Part shown: positions 1-13,289 of the stretch, piece after piece
Layout: each line of letters begins with the position of its first letter
Position numbering within the stretch: position 1 is the stretch's first letter
NCBI GenBank assembly: GCA_040954595.2
Contig: CM082578.2
Coordinates: 3,702,831 to 3,766,830 of the forward strand
Source of the DNA: Balanoglossus misakiensis
Taxonomy: Eukaryota > Animalia > Hemichordata
Length of the DNA: 64,000 nucleotides
Direction: 5' to 3'
The notes under the pieces: generated by a model
The model's database searches: none
What the model was told of the DNA's origin: nothing
What the model saw: the letters and a program-made list of their open reading frames with translations, nothing else
Made by a program: the position numbers and the translations under genes

Positions 1-639
1 TTTTATTCTGAAATAAGTTTCTTGATGTTTAGTATACCATGCAAATAACCAATTTTGAGTCGAGGTAGCCATTTTATAACATGATTTGATATTTTTTAAA
101 TTGTCATTTGTGTTATCAAGCATGTTTTTTATCAAATAATTACGTATTTTCATTTTGTGTCAATTTAGTATTCAAAACTGGACCTGTTGTTTGACTTCTT
201 GAAACATGGTGAACTGTATGGGGTCATAATTACACACCATTAAGACGGCTCTGAAGCGTCTCAGATCAGATACCATCTTAAAAAATCATGAGTGTATAGT
301 GGTTCTGAAACAGCTTAGATTTGAGACGGCTTTGCCGGTCAGACCTGAGCCGGTGTAAAGAATTACTGTAACACCTCTTCGTAACCCATTGTCTATGGGA
401 CTAAGCCTCAGCGCCCTTAAGTGGGTTCACATCTTGGCCCATGGCCAGGCACAACTAATCCATATGATTGTGACAAGATAAGCTAATCTTTAGTCCCTGT
501 TCATATTGAGTTTGGCACAGTCCTGCCCAGCGGTGTCTTGCCAACCTTTGACCTTATAAAGCACAACCATGTTGGTCCTCTTATGGATGTTTATACGATT
601 TTCACCATTGTCAAACGATAGACTACACTGATTTGTCAA

Positions 640-863
640 TTGTAAAAGGTGTCAACTTGGACCAGAGTCGGACAAAACGTGTCCACACACATCTTGCTGC
701 GACCAGAGTAGGACCAGAGTAGGATACAAACCACCCCATTCAACTGGTACAAAAATTGTCCGGACAAAAATCGGCCAGACCCGTTCACACCTGTTTTTGT
801 GCTCGTCCACGGACCTTACTAGGAAAAGGTCCTAGCCTTTTTTTAGTATTGTGAACGGCCTAA
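640..863. mobile_element. Possible MITE remnant (PIF/Harbinger-like end)
   Basis: Ends tgtgaacggcc-taa, with an internal inverted ccgttcacac and repeated gaccagagt motifs. The other end was not found. Confidence 0.3.
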
Positions 864-1795
864 TAAACTGTGTGCGTGTGCAGCGACTCAAAGGATTAAT
901 GCTCTGTGTTTACCAGTACAGTACTGTACTGGTGAACTATGCTTGTATATCAAAATACAAGATTGAACATTCAGATAAATAATTTATGATGTCCACCCAG
1001 TTTTTCACTGTTAGCTAAACTTTTATCCATGTATTTGAATATATAGCCAGTGTTGCAAACTATTTAGACCACATGGATCTTGGCATGAGATCTCAGAGTG
1101 TAGTAATTTCTTTTATGTATAGCTGCCATGTACACTGCTATGGCAATGTTATTTGTCAAAAGGAAACACACTTTGGTACAGGTAGTTCATTTCATGTCAC
1201 ACACAAAATCACAACTTTGCATACAGCAAAGGGGTATTTACTGACCCCTTTTTAGGTTATGCACTGACAGCATATTGCACAGTGAGTGACTTTATGCAGG
1301 TATTCTATGTATTCTTGAATGATATCAAAAAGGGCAAACAAAAGCTACTGTGTCCCTTTAACAAATGATCTGCAATTAAGGCTTGTAGACAATCAAGTTG
1401 TCAGATTATGTTTAATGACTATTTCTGTCAATGCAGTATGTCCCGATTTTCTAAAATTGTGCGCAACAAGAAATGTCTTAAAGGATATGCTGAACTGTAT
1501 TTTAAAATTCAAGTAGACTTTTGTCAAGGTCAGATTTGTTGTGTTTTATGTTAGATATGTCCTCATAATAAATATATGTTCTTAAGTATTTGTCGTGTTA
1601 AATATGCACTGTATCGAATGGATGTTCAAACAATTTAGAAAGATGCTAACTTAATTTCAGTAATCCTCTTTTTCAGAAATTAAATGGTGTCTGAACTTAT
1701 TTAGTGATTATTATACTTGGCCATTGTCAGCTGGATATAATTGCTTAAAACTGTGAACAATTCTAATCTGTGTTTTTAGTTTCTTGCATAACAAA

Positions 1796-1801
1796 AATAA
1801 A
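1796..1801 (+). promoter_or_regulatory. Possible polyadenylation signal of an upstream gene
   Basis: AATAAA followed about 20 bp later by a GT-rich tract, at the end of a 3'-UTR-like AT-rich region. No transcript evidence. Confidence 0.25.
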
Positions 1802-2429
1802 CCTCAACTGATGTCAACCGTTTGTTTTACGTGCTTCAGATAAACCTGTAAGTTGAATCATTGCTTTTTAACAGAAGCATTTTACTGTAGTCATATCTTT
1901 ATTTTAGTCTACATTATAGGTCGCTGACCAGTTAAAACAAAATGTCCACGTCTCACTTTCGTGTCTCTCTGTACTCTGTACAATATATCTGGTTTGGTAG
2001 ATTTTCCGGATACCGAGATAAAGAAAACTGGAAGGTCACACAAACATTTCACAAATTGTCACATACTAGTAAAGATCCAAAACACAAAACACGTAAGCCC
2101 TCTTATTTTTAAGGATACTATTTGTTATAGGCAAAAGAAGGAGATGAAGTATAAGAACGCATTAAGTGTTTCAACATATCAAGATAATGAAAAGTAAAAG
2201 GTCATCCCAAAGTTAACCAAAAAATTGTCACAAATTGGGTCCCATACTGGTCCCAGCTTTCCTTCTGCCACTATTGGTCAGCGTAAAATTTAATGTGGTA
2301 AGGTGTCCGACAACATGAGTTGTTTCATCCCTCCAAATGCTAAGACCGAATCTGCCCTGGATGCTTCGATTTGTAAAAGTAGGTCAAAGTTCACCCAAAA
2401 TTTGCTGCACAATTTTTTGATGCCATACT

Positions 2430-3470
2430 GGTCCATGTCCAACTGAAACGAAACTGCTAGCTGTGTTGGTTAGTCTGGAATTAGGTATGTGCATAATTAA
2501 TGAGGTTAAGAAGGTGACACAGATTACCCCAAAATTTGGCTTTTCATTTTTGTCCCATGCCTTAAAAAGCCAAGGACGTATCTCCTGCCGATGCCAAGAT
2601 ATGGGAAAGCAGGTTAAAGGTCAGCTCAGGTCACCCTAAATTTGGGCAAAAGCTTGTGACTCCATATTGGTCCATGTTCAACTGAAACGAAACTGCTAGC
2701 TGTGTTGGTTAGCCTGGAATTAGGTATGTACATAATTAATGAGGTTAAGAAGGTGACACAGATTACCCCAAAATTAGGCTTTTCATTTTTGTCCCACCCC
2801 TTAAAAAGCCAAGGACGTATCTCCTGTGGATGCCAAGATATGGGAAAGCAGGTTAAAGGTCAGCTCAGGTCACCCTAAATTTGGGCAAAAGCTTGTGACT
2901 CCATATTGGTCCATGTTCAACTGAAACGAAACTGCTAGCTATGTTGGTTAGCCTGGAATTAGGTATGTGCATAATTAATGAGGTTAAGAAGGTGACACAG
3001 ATTACCCCAAAATTAGGCTTTTCATTTTTGTCCCACCCCTTAAAAAGCCAAGGACGTATCTCCTGTGAATGCCAAGATATGGGAAAGCAGGTTAAAGGTC
3101 AGCTCAGGTCACCCTAAATTTGGGCAAAAGCTTGTGACCCCATATTGGTCCATGTTCAACAAAAACCAGACCTCTAGTCCGTTTGGTTGGCCTGGAATCA
3201 GGTATGTGCAAAATTAATGAGGTTAAGAAGGTGTCACAGATGACCCAAAAATTTGGCTTTTCATTTTGATCCCATCCCTCCAAAGGACAAGGCTGTAGCT
3301 GCTGTTGGTACCGAGATATGGTAAAGAAGATTAAAGGTCACCTGATGTCATCCAAAATTTGGGCAAAAACTGTTGACCACATATTGGTCCATGTTCAACA
3401 AAAAAAACCCCCACCTCTAGCCCTATTGGTTCGCTTGGAATTATAATGGGCATAATTAATGGGGTAATGT
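2430..3470. repeat. 239-bp tandem repeat (about 4 copies), an older variant of the HINE internal repeat
   Basis: ggtccatgtYcaactgaaacgaaactgctagc recurs at about 2430, 2669 and 2909, with diverged copies at about 3147 and 3386. It is similar to the ~240-bp repeat inside the array units. Confidence 0.85.
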
Positions 3471-4584
3471 GTGAGACTCGGTCAGGTGTTCCATCCCTCC
3501 AAATGCTAAGTCTGTACCTGCAGTGGATGCCAAGATATAAGAAAGTAGGTCAAAGGTCACCTAAGGTCACCCAACATTTGGGCAAAGATTTTTGACCCCA
3601 TATTGGTCCATGTCCAACAAAATCCAAACCTCTAGCTCTAATGGTTCGCCTGTAATTAGGTATCTGCATATTTAATGAGGTCAGCAGGGGACAATGGGGT
3701 CATGAAAAGTAGCAAAATATTTTGATCACACACTAATCTTCATGCATCAAAAACGAAACTTATAGCCCTATTGGTTAGCCTGGAATTAGATATGCAGAAA
3801 AATGGTGCGTCAAATGTAGGTCAAAGGTCATTGCCAAAATTACCAAAATATTCATAGCTTATTCTTGGCATATGATGATTCATATCCATAAAAAGAATTT
3901 CTGTGCTATCAATTTTTAGGCTAGAAAGGGAATTTTTACTTTTTTATCGTTTTTCACAAAATCCAATATGGCCGCCATAATCTTCGACCAATCACATTCA
4001 CCTTCGCAAACTTGATAGACATCTGTTTAATGACCACACACACCAAATCTTGTGACTCAGTTATCTCCGGTTCTTGAGAAGAAGATTTTTGAAATTTTAC
4101 TAGGGTTTTTCGAAAATCCAATATGGCCGCCATAATCTTCGACCAATCACATTCACCTTCGCAAACTTGATAGACCTCAGTTTGGTGACCACATACCCCA
4201 AAGGGCGTGACTCGGTTATCGCCGGTTCTGGAGAAGAAGATTTTTGAAATTTTGACCAGATTTCAGAAAAACAACTGTAGCAAAAAAACTGCAACATTGA
4301 CAGCAAAATATCCAATTACAAAAATGATGGGCAGAAGGTACACTACCAGCACACCAAATCTGAAATAAATCTGACTTGTAGTTTCTGAGATCTGAGATTT
4401 GCATTTTTTCAGAAAATCCAATATGGCCGCCATGTCACGTGACTAATTAAAAATTCAAGAGTTCAATGCACAACTACCCATTGACCTTGACCACTGTAGC
4501 AAGTTTGAGAAGTGTACCTGCAGCGGTGTCTGAGATCTAGAGCGACAAAGAAATGACAGAAGAATAAAGAAAGAAGAAAGACAG

Positions 4585-4722
4585 AAAAACCCCAACGAAA
4601 CCAATAGGGCCCAAGCGCTGGTATGCGCTTGGGCCCTAAAGAAGAAAGAAGAAAGAAGGAAAGACAGAAAAACCCCAACGAAACCAATAGGGCCCAAGCG
4701 CTGGCTTGCGCTTGGGCCCTAA
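4585..4722 (-). repeat. Stack of 2 HINE 5'-terminal hairpin cassettes
   Basis: aaaaccccaacgaaaccaatagggcccaagc-loop-gcttgggccctaa x2, separated and followed by GAAA microsatellite remnants. Confidence 0.9.
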
Positions 4723-7700
4723 AGAAGGAAAGACAGATTAAAGCTGCAAGCAGCATTGTCCGGGCCCAAGCTCTATTATCTGATCAGATTATTAGATATG
4801 CACATAATTAATGAGTAGAAACATAATGCTGTGTTTTATCCCATGAACTATCAAGGTTATATATATGTTTGGTGTTGATATAGTGTTAAGTAGGTCAAAG
4901 GTCACCCAGAGGTCACCCACAATTTGGGCAGACAATTTTGACCAGTAGTGGTCCATGTCCAACAAAAACCAGACCTCTAGCCCTTTTGGTTAGCCCAGAA
5001 TTAGGTATGCACATAAATAATGAGTTAAGCAGGTGTCACTGGTGACCCAAAACTTTGACTTTTCATTATGGCCCCATACCTCCAAACGCCAAGGCTGTAT
5101 CTGCTGTGGATGTCGAGATATGCAAAAGTAGGTCAAAGGTCACCCGAGGTCACCCAACATTTGGGCAAAATATTTTGACCCCATACTGGTCCATGTATAA
5201 CAAAAACAAAACCTCTAGGTCTATTGGTTCATCATTAATTAGGAATGTGCATATTTAATGAGGTCAGCAGAGGTCAAAGGGGTCATGAAAAGTAGCAAAA
5301 TTTTTTGATCACATACAAATCCACATACATCAAAAACCAAACTTATAGCCCTATTGGTTAGCCTGGAATTAGATATGCAGAAAAATGATGCGTCAAAAGT
5401 AGGTCAAAGGTCATTGCCAAAATTACCAAAATATTTATAGCTTATTCTTGTCATATGATGATTCATATCCATAAAAAGAATTTCTGTGCTATCAATTTTT
5501 AGGCTAGAAACAGAATTTTTACTTTTTAATCGTTGTTCACAAAATCCAATATGGCCGCCAAAATCTTCGACCAATCACAATGATCTTCGCAAACTTGATA
5601 GACATCTGTTTAATGACCACACACACCAAATCTTGTGACTCGGTTATCGCCAGTTCTTGAGAAGAAGATTTTTGAAATTTTACTAGGGTTTTTCGAAAAT
5701 CCAATATGGCCGCCATAATCTTCCACCAATCACAATGATCTTCGCAAACTTGATAGACCTCAGTTTGGTGACCACATACCCCAAACCGCGTGACTCGGTT
5801 ATCGCCGGTTCTGGAGAAGAAGATTTTTGAAATTTTGACCAGATTTCAGAAAAACAACTGTAGCAAAAAAACTGCAACATTGACAGCAAAATATCCAATT
5901 ACAAAAATGATGGGTAGAAGGTAGACTACCTGCACACCAAGTTTGAAGTCGATCTGACTTGTAGTTTCTGAGATCTGAGATTTGCATTTTTTCAGAAAAT
6001 CTAATATGGCCGCCAGGTCACGTGACTAATTAAAAATTCAAGGGTTCAATGCACATCTACTCATTGACCTTGACCACTGTAGCAAGTTTGAGAAGTGTAC
6101 CTGCAGTGGTGTCTGAGATCTAGAGCGACAAAGAATTGACACAAGAATAAAGAAAGAAGAAAGAAGAAAGAAGGAAAGACAGATTAAAGCTGCGAGCAGC
6201 ATTGTCGGGCCCAAGCGCTGATCTTGAATTATATATGCACAGTATGAATGAGAAGAAACAGAATTTTCTATCGGATGTATTATCTCATGACATAACAAGG
6301 ATGTGTGTATTTTTGCTGCTGAAATAGGGTGAAGTAAGTCAAAGGTCACCTGAGGTCACCCAACATTTGGGCAATTTTTTTTACCCATACTGGTCCATGT
6401 CCAACAAAAACCAAAACTCTAGCTCTATTGGTTCGCCTGTAATTAGGTATGTGCATATTTAATGAGGTCAGCAGGTGTTACAGGTGACCCAAAAATGTGG
6501 CTTTACATTTTGGTCCCATCCTACCAAATGCCATGGCTGTATCTGCTCTGGATGCTGAGATATGCGAAAGTAGGTCAAAGGTCACCAGAGGTCACCCAAC
6601 ATTTGGGCAAAAAATGGTGATCCCATACTGGTCCATGTCCAACAAAAACCAAACCTCTAGCTCTATCGGTGCGCCTGTAATTAGCTATGCACATAATTAA
6701 TGAGGTCAGCAGAGGTCAAAAGGGTCATGAAAAGTAGCAAAATATTTTGATCACACACTAATCCACATTCATCAAAAACCAAACGTCTAGCCCTATAGGT
6801 TAGCCTGGAATTAGATATGCAGAAATAATAACGCGTGATAGGTAGGTCAAAGGTCATGTGAAAAATCGCCAAAAAATAGTAACATATTTTAGTCACATGA
6901 CGATTGATATCCATAAAAAGAATTTGTATGCTATCAATTTTTAGACTAGATAAAGGATTTTCAATTTTTCGCTGCTTTTTACAAAATCCAATATGGCCGC
7001 CATAATCTTTGACCAATCACAATGCTCTTTGCAAACATGATAGACATCAGTGTAGTGACCATACTCCCCGAATCTTGCGACTCAGTCATCGCCCGTTCTG
7101 GAGAAGAAGATTTTTGGAGTTTAACTATGGTTTTTCGAAAATCCAATATGGCCGCCATAATCTTCGACCAATCACAATGATCTTCGCAAACTTGATAGAC
7201 ATCAGTTAGGTGACCACATACCCTAAACCGCGTGTCTCGGTTATCATCGGTTCTGGAGAAGAAGATTTTTGAAATTTAAGCCAGATTTCAGAAAAAAAAT
7301 TGTAGCAAAAAAACTGCAACATTGACAGCAAAATTTCCAATTACAAAAATGATGAGTAGAAGGTAGTCTACCTGCATGCCAAATTTGAAGTCGATCTGAC
7401 TTGTAGTTTCTGAGATCTGAGATTTGCATTTTTTCAGAAAATCCAATATGGCCGCCAAGTCACGTGACTAATTAAGTATTCACAAATCACTGCACATCTA
7501 CTCATTGACCTTGACCACTGTAGCAAGTTTGAGCAGTGTACCTGCAGTAGTTTCTGAGATTTAGTTGGCCGAAGAATTGACAGGAGAATAAAGAAAGAAA
7601 GAAAGATTAAAGCTGCAAGCAGCATTGTCCTGGCCCAAGCTGTATTATCTGATCAGATTATTAGATATGCACATAATTAATGAGTAGAAACATAATGCTG

Positions 7701-9031
7701 TGTTTTATCCCATGAAATATCAAGGTTATATCTATGTTTGGTGTTGATATAGTGTTAAGTAGGTCAAAGGTCACCCAGAGGTCACCCACAATTTGGGCAG
7801 AAAATTTTGACCCATAGTGGTCCATGTCCAACAAAAACCAGACCTCTATCCCTTTTGGTTAGCCCGGAATTAGGTATGCACATAAATAATGAGTTAAGCA
7901 GGTGTCACAGGTGACCCAAAACTTTGGCTTTTCATTATGGCCCCATACCTCCAAACGCCAAGGCTGTATCTGCTGTGGATGTCGAGATATGCAAAAGTAG
8001 GTCAAAGGTCATCCGAGGTCACCCAACATTTGGGCAAAAAATTTGACCCAATACTGGTTCATGTCCAACAAAAACCAAACCTCTAGGTCTATTGGTTCAT
8101 CTGTAATTAGGTATGCACATATTTAATGAGGTCAGCAGAGGTCAAAGGGGTCATGAAAAGTAGCGAAATTTTTTGATCGCATACAAATCCACATACATCA
8201 AAAACCAAACTTATAGCCCTATTGGTTAGCCTGGAATTAGATATGCAGAAAAATGATGCGTCAAAAGTAGGTCAAAGGTCATTGTCAAAATTACCAAAAT
8301 ATTTACAGCTTATTCTTGGCATATGATGATTCATATCCACAAAAAGAATTTCTGTGCTATCAATTTTTAGGCTAGAAAGGGAATTTTTACTTTTTAATCG
8401 TTTTTCACAAAATCCAATATGGCCGCCATAATCTTCGACCAATCACATTCATCTTCGCAAACTTGATATAAATCTGTTTAATGACCACACACACCAAATC
8501 TTGTGACTCAGTTATCGCCGGTTCTTGAGAAGAAGATTTTTGAAATTTTACTAGGGTTTTTCGAAAATCCAATATGGCCGCCAAAATCTTCGACCAATCA
8601 CAATGATCTTCGCAAACTTGATAGACCTCAGTTTGGTGACCACATACCCCAAACCGCGTGACTCGGTTATCGCCGGTTCTGGAGAAGAAGATTTTTGAAA
8701 TTTTGACCAGATTTCAGAAAAACAACTGTAGCAAAAAAACTGCAACATTGACAGCATAATTTCCAATTACAAAAATGTTTGCCAGAAGGTAGTCTACCTG
8801 CACGCCAAATTTGAAGTCGATCTGACTTGTAGTTTCTGAGATCTGAGATTTGCATTTTTTCAGAAAATCCAAGATGGCCGCCAGGTCATGTGACTAATTA
8901 AAAATTCATGGGTTCAATGCACGACTACTCATTGACCTTGACCACTGTAGCAAGTTTGAGAACTGTACCTGCAGTGGTGTCTGAGATCTAGAGCGACAAA
9001 GAATTGACACAAGAATAAAGAAAGAAGAAAG

Positions 9032-9194
9032 AAAAACCCCAACGAAACCAATAGGGCCCAAGCGCTGGCTTGCGCTTGGGCCCTAAAAAACCCCAACGAA
9101 ACCAATAGGGCCCAAGCGCTGGTATGCGCTTGGGCCCTAAAAAACCCCAACGAAACCAATAGGGCCCAAGCGCTGGTATGCGCTTGGGCCCTAA
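9032..9194 (-). repeat. Stack of 3 HINE 5'-terminal hairpin cassettes
   Basis: Three abutting ~54-bp cassettes with loops ggctt, ggtat, ggtat. Confidence 0.9.
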
Positions 9195-12054
9195 TTAAAG
9201 CTGCAAGCAGCATTGTCGGGCCCAAGCGCTGATCTTGAATTATATATGCACAGTATGAATGAGAAGAAACATAATTTTCTATCGGGTGTATTATCTCATG
9301 ACATAACAAGGGCGTATGTATTTTTGCTGCTGAAATAGGGTAAAGTAGGTCAAAGGTCACCTGAGGTCATCCAACATTTGGGCAAAAATGTTTGACCCAT
9401 GCTGGGCCATGTCCAACAAAAACCAAAACTCTAGCTCTATTGGTTCGCGTGTAATTAGGTATGTGCATATTTAATGAGGTCAGCAGGTGTCACAGGTGAG
9501 CCAAAAATTTGGCTTTACATTTAGGTCCCATCCTGCCAAATGCCAAGGCTGTATCTGCTCTGGATGTTGAGATATGCGAAAGTAGGTCAAAGGTCACCAG
9601 AGGTCACCCAACATTTGGGCAAAAAATTTTGATCCCATACAGGTCCATGTCCATCAAAAACCAAACCTCTAGCTCTATTGGTTCGCCTGTAATTAGCTAT
9701 GCACATAATTAATGAGGTAAGCAGAGGTCAAAGGGGTCATGGAAAGTAGCAAAATATTTTGATCACACACTTATCCACATGCATCAAAAACCAAACATCT
9801 AGCCCTATAGGTTAGCCTGGAATTAGATATGCAGAAATAATAACATGTGAAAAGTAGGTCAAAGGTCATGTGAAAACTCGCCAAAAATTTGTAACATATT
9901 TTAGTCACATGACGATTGATATCCATACAAAGAATTTCTATGCTATCAATGTTTAGAGTAGAAAAAGGAATTTCAATTTTTCAATGCTTTTTACAAAATC
10001 CAATATGGCCGCCATAATCTTCGACCAATCACAATGTTCTTTGCAAACTTGATAGACATCAGTGTAGTGACCATACTCCCCGAATCTTGTGACTCAGTTA
10101 TCGCCCGTTCTGGAGAAGAAGATTTGGGGAGTTTTACTATGGTTTTTCGAAAATCCAATATGGCCGCCATAATCTTCGACCAATCACAATGATCTTCGCA
10201 AACTTGATAGACCTCAGTTAGGTGACCCCATACCCCAAACCGCGTGACTCTGTTATCGCCGGTTCTGGAGAAGAAGATTTTTGAAATTTTGACCAGATTT
10301 CAGAAAAACAACTGTAGCAAAAAAACTGCAACATTGACAGCAAAATATCCAATTACAAAAATGATGGGCAGAAGGTACACTACCAGCACGCCAAATCTGA
10401 AGTAAATCTGACTTGTAGTTTCTGAGATCTGAGATTTGCATTTTTTCAGAAAATCCAATATGGCCGCCATGTCACGTGACTAATTAAAAATTCATGGGTT
10501 CAATGCACGACTACTCATTGACCTTGACCACTGTAGCAAGTTTGAGAACTGTACCTGCAGCGGTGTCTGAGATCTAGAGCGATAAAAAATGGACAGGAGA
10601 ATAAAGAAAGAAAGAAAGAATTAAAGCTGCAAGCAGCATTGTCGGGCCCAAGCGCTGATCTTGAATTATATATGCACAGTATGAATGAGAAGAAACAGAA
10701 TTTTCTATCGGATGTATTATCTCATGACATAACAAGGATGTGTGTATTTTTGCTGCTGAAATAGGGTGAAGTAGGTCAAAGGTCACCTGAGGACACCCAA
10801 CATTTGGGCAATTTTTTTTTACCCATACTGGTCCATGTCCAACAAAAACCAAAACTCTAGCTCTATTGGTTCGCCTGTAATTAGGTATATGCATATTTAA
10901 TGAGGTCAGCAGGTGTCACAGGTGACCTTAAAATGTGGCTTTACATTTTGGTCCCATCCTACCAAATGCCATGGCTGTATCTGCTCTGGATGCTGAGATA
11001 TGCGAAAGTAGGTCAAAGGTCACCAGAGGTCACCCAACATTTGGGCAAAATTTTTTGACCCATACTGGTCCATGTCCAACAAAAACCAAACCTCTAGCTC
11101 TATTGGTTCGCCTGTAATTAGCTATGCACATAATTAATGAGGTCAGCAGAGGTCAAAGGGGTCATGAAAAGTAGCAAAATAGTTTGATCACACACTAATC
11201 CACATTCATCAAAAACCAAACGTCTAGCCCTATAGGTTAGCATGGAATTAGATATGCAGAAATAATAACGCGTGATAAGTAGGTCAAAGGTCATGTGAAA
11301 AATCGCCAAAAAATTGTAACATATTTTAGTCTCATGACGATTGATATCCATAAAAAGAATTTGTATGCTATCAATTTTTAGACTAGAAAAAGGAATTTCA
11401 ATTTTTCACTGCTTTTTACAAAATCCAATATGGCCGCCATAATCTTCGACCAATCACAATGCTCTTTGCAAACTTGATAGACATCAGTGTAGTGACCATA
11501 CTCCCCGAATCTTGCGACTCAGTCATCGCCCGTTCTGGAGAAGAAGATTTTTGGAGTTTAACTATGGTTTTTCGAAAATCCAATATGGCCGCCATAATCT
11601 TCGACCAATCACAATGATCTTCACAAACTTGATAGACATCAGTTAGGTGACCACATATCCTAAACCGCGTGTCTCGGTTATGACCGGTTCTGGAGAAGAA
11701 GATTTTTGAAATTTAAGCCAGATTTCAGAAAAAAAATTGTAGCAAAAAAACTGCAACATTGACAGCAAAATTTCCAATTACAAAAATGATGGGTAGAAGG
11801 TAGTCTACCTGCATGCCAAATTTGAAGTCGATCTGACTTGTAGTTTCTGAGATCTGAGATTTGCATTTTTTCAGAAAATCCAATATGGCCGCCAGGTCAC
11901 GTGACTAATTAAGTATTCACAAATCACTGCACATCTACTCATTGACCTTGACCACTGTAGCAAGTTTGAGCAGTGTACCTGCAGTAGTTTCTGAGATTTA
12001 GTTGGCCGAAGAATTGACACAAGAATAAAGAAAGAAAGAAAGAAAGAAAGAAAG

Positions 12055-12215
12055 AAAAATTCCAACGAAACCAATAGGGCCCAAGCGCTTGCGCGCGCTT
12101 GGGCCCTAAAAACCCCAACGAAACCAATAGGGCCCAAGCGCTTGCTTGCGCTTGGGCCCTAAAAACCCCAACGAAACCAATAGGGCCCAAGCGCTGGTAT
12201 GCGCTTGGGCCCTAA
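12055..12215 (-). repeat. Stack of 3 HINE 5'-terminal hairpin cassettes
   Basis: Three abutting cassettes with three different loop variants. Confidence 0.9.
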
Positions 12216-13289
12216 TTAAAGCTGCAAGCAGCGTTGGCGGGCACAAGCGGTTCCCATGGTAAACAGCAAATGCCAAGGCTGTATCTGCTGTGGATACCAA
12301 GATATGGGAAAGTAGGTCAAAGGTCACCTGAGGTCACCCCAAATTTGGGCAAAAAAATCGGAACCCATACTAGTCTAGGTCCAACAAAAACCAGACCCCT
12401 AGCTTTATTGGTTCGCCTAGAATTAGGTATGCGCATAATTAATGAGGTCTAGTGTAAGGCATAAAATTTTGACCCCAGAGTGGGCCATGTCCAACTAAAA
12501 CCAGACCTCTAGCCCTATTGGTTAGCCTGGAATTATATATGCAGAAAAATGATGTTTCAGAAATAGGTCAAGGGTCATTGCCAAAATTACCAAAATATTT
12601 GTGTTGGTACCCATGTCCACAAAATTCATGACTGTGGTGCTTTGACAAGAGGAGGTATGGGGAATATGCATATATAATTAGTTGTTTTAAAACCGGGTCA
12701 AAGGTCATGTGAAAATTGCCCCGAAAAATTGTGACAACTTCCGGTCATATGATGACTCATATCCGAAAAAAGAATTTTTATGCTGTCAACATTTTGGCTA
12801 CAAAACGGAATTTTCATTTTTCAATGGTTTTCCGAAAATCCAACATGGCCGCCATAATGATCGACCAATCACAGTGCGCTTCGCAAACTTGATAGACATA
12901 GGTTAGGTGACCACATACCCTGAATCCCGTGACTCGGCAATCGCTGGTTCTGGAGAAGAAGATTTTTAAAGTTTTAAGTAGTGATTCAGAAAAACAATTG
13001 TAGCAAAAAAACTTTGTGTGACGTCATGATTTCAATGGGCTAAAATGATGGACAGAAGGTAGGCTACCTGCACACCAAATTTGAACTCGATCAGCCCAGT
13101 GGTTTTTGAGAAGGACTCGTTTAACGATTTTCAGGAAATCCAATATGGCCGCCAGGTCACGTGACTAATTAAATATTCACGAGCCACTGCACGTCTACCC
13201 ATTGGCCCCTACCACCCTACCAAGTTTCAGCCCCCTAGGTGCTGCGGTTTTCCAGATGTACAATGACATATTTCTCGGAAGAAGAATAA
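12216..13289 (-). mobile_element. Body of a divergent HINE subfamily (GGGCACAAGC subTIR)
   Basis: Starts ttaaagctgcaagcagcgttggcgggcacaagc and is clearly diverged from its neighbours. Its matching 5' cassette (gggggcacaagc...gcttgtgccccc) is at 31143-31200. Confidence 0.75.

Noticed and set aside
225-368. Possible small inverted-repeat element
   Set aside because: The inverted match is too degenerate and no TSD was found.
1073-2197. Short ORFs of 60-78 aa
   Set aside because: There is no recognisable homology or exon structure; such ORFs are expected by chance.
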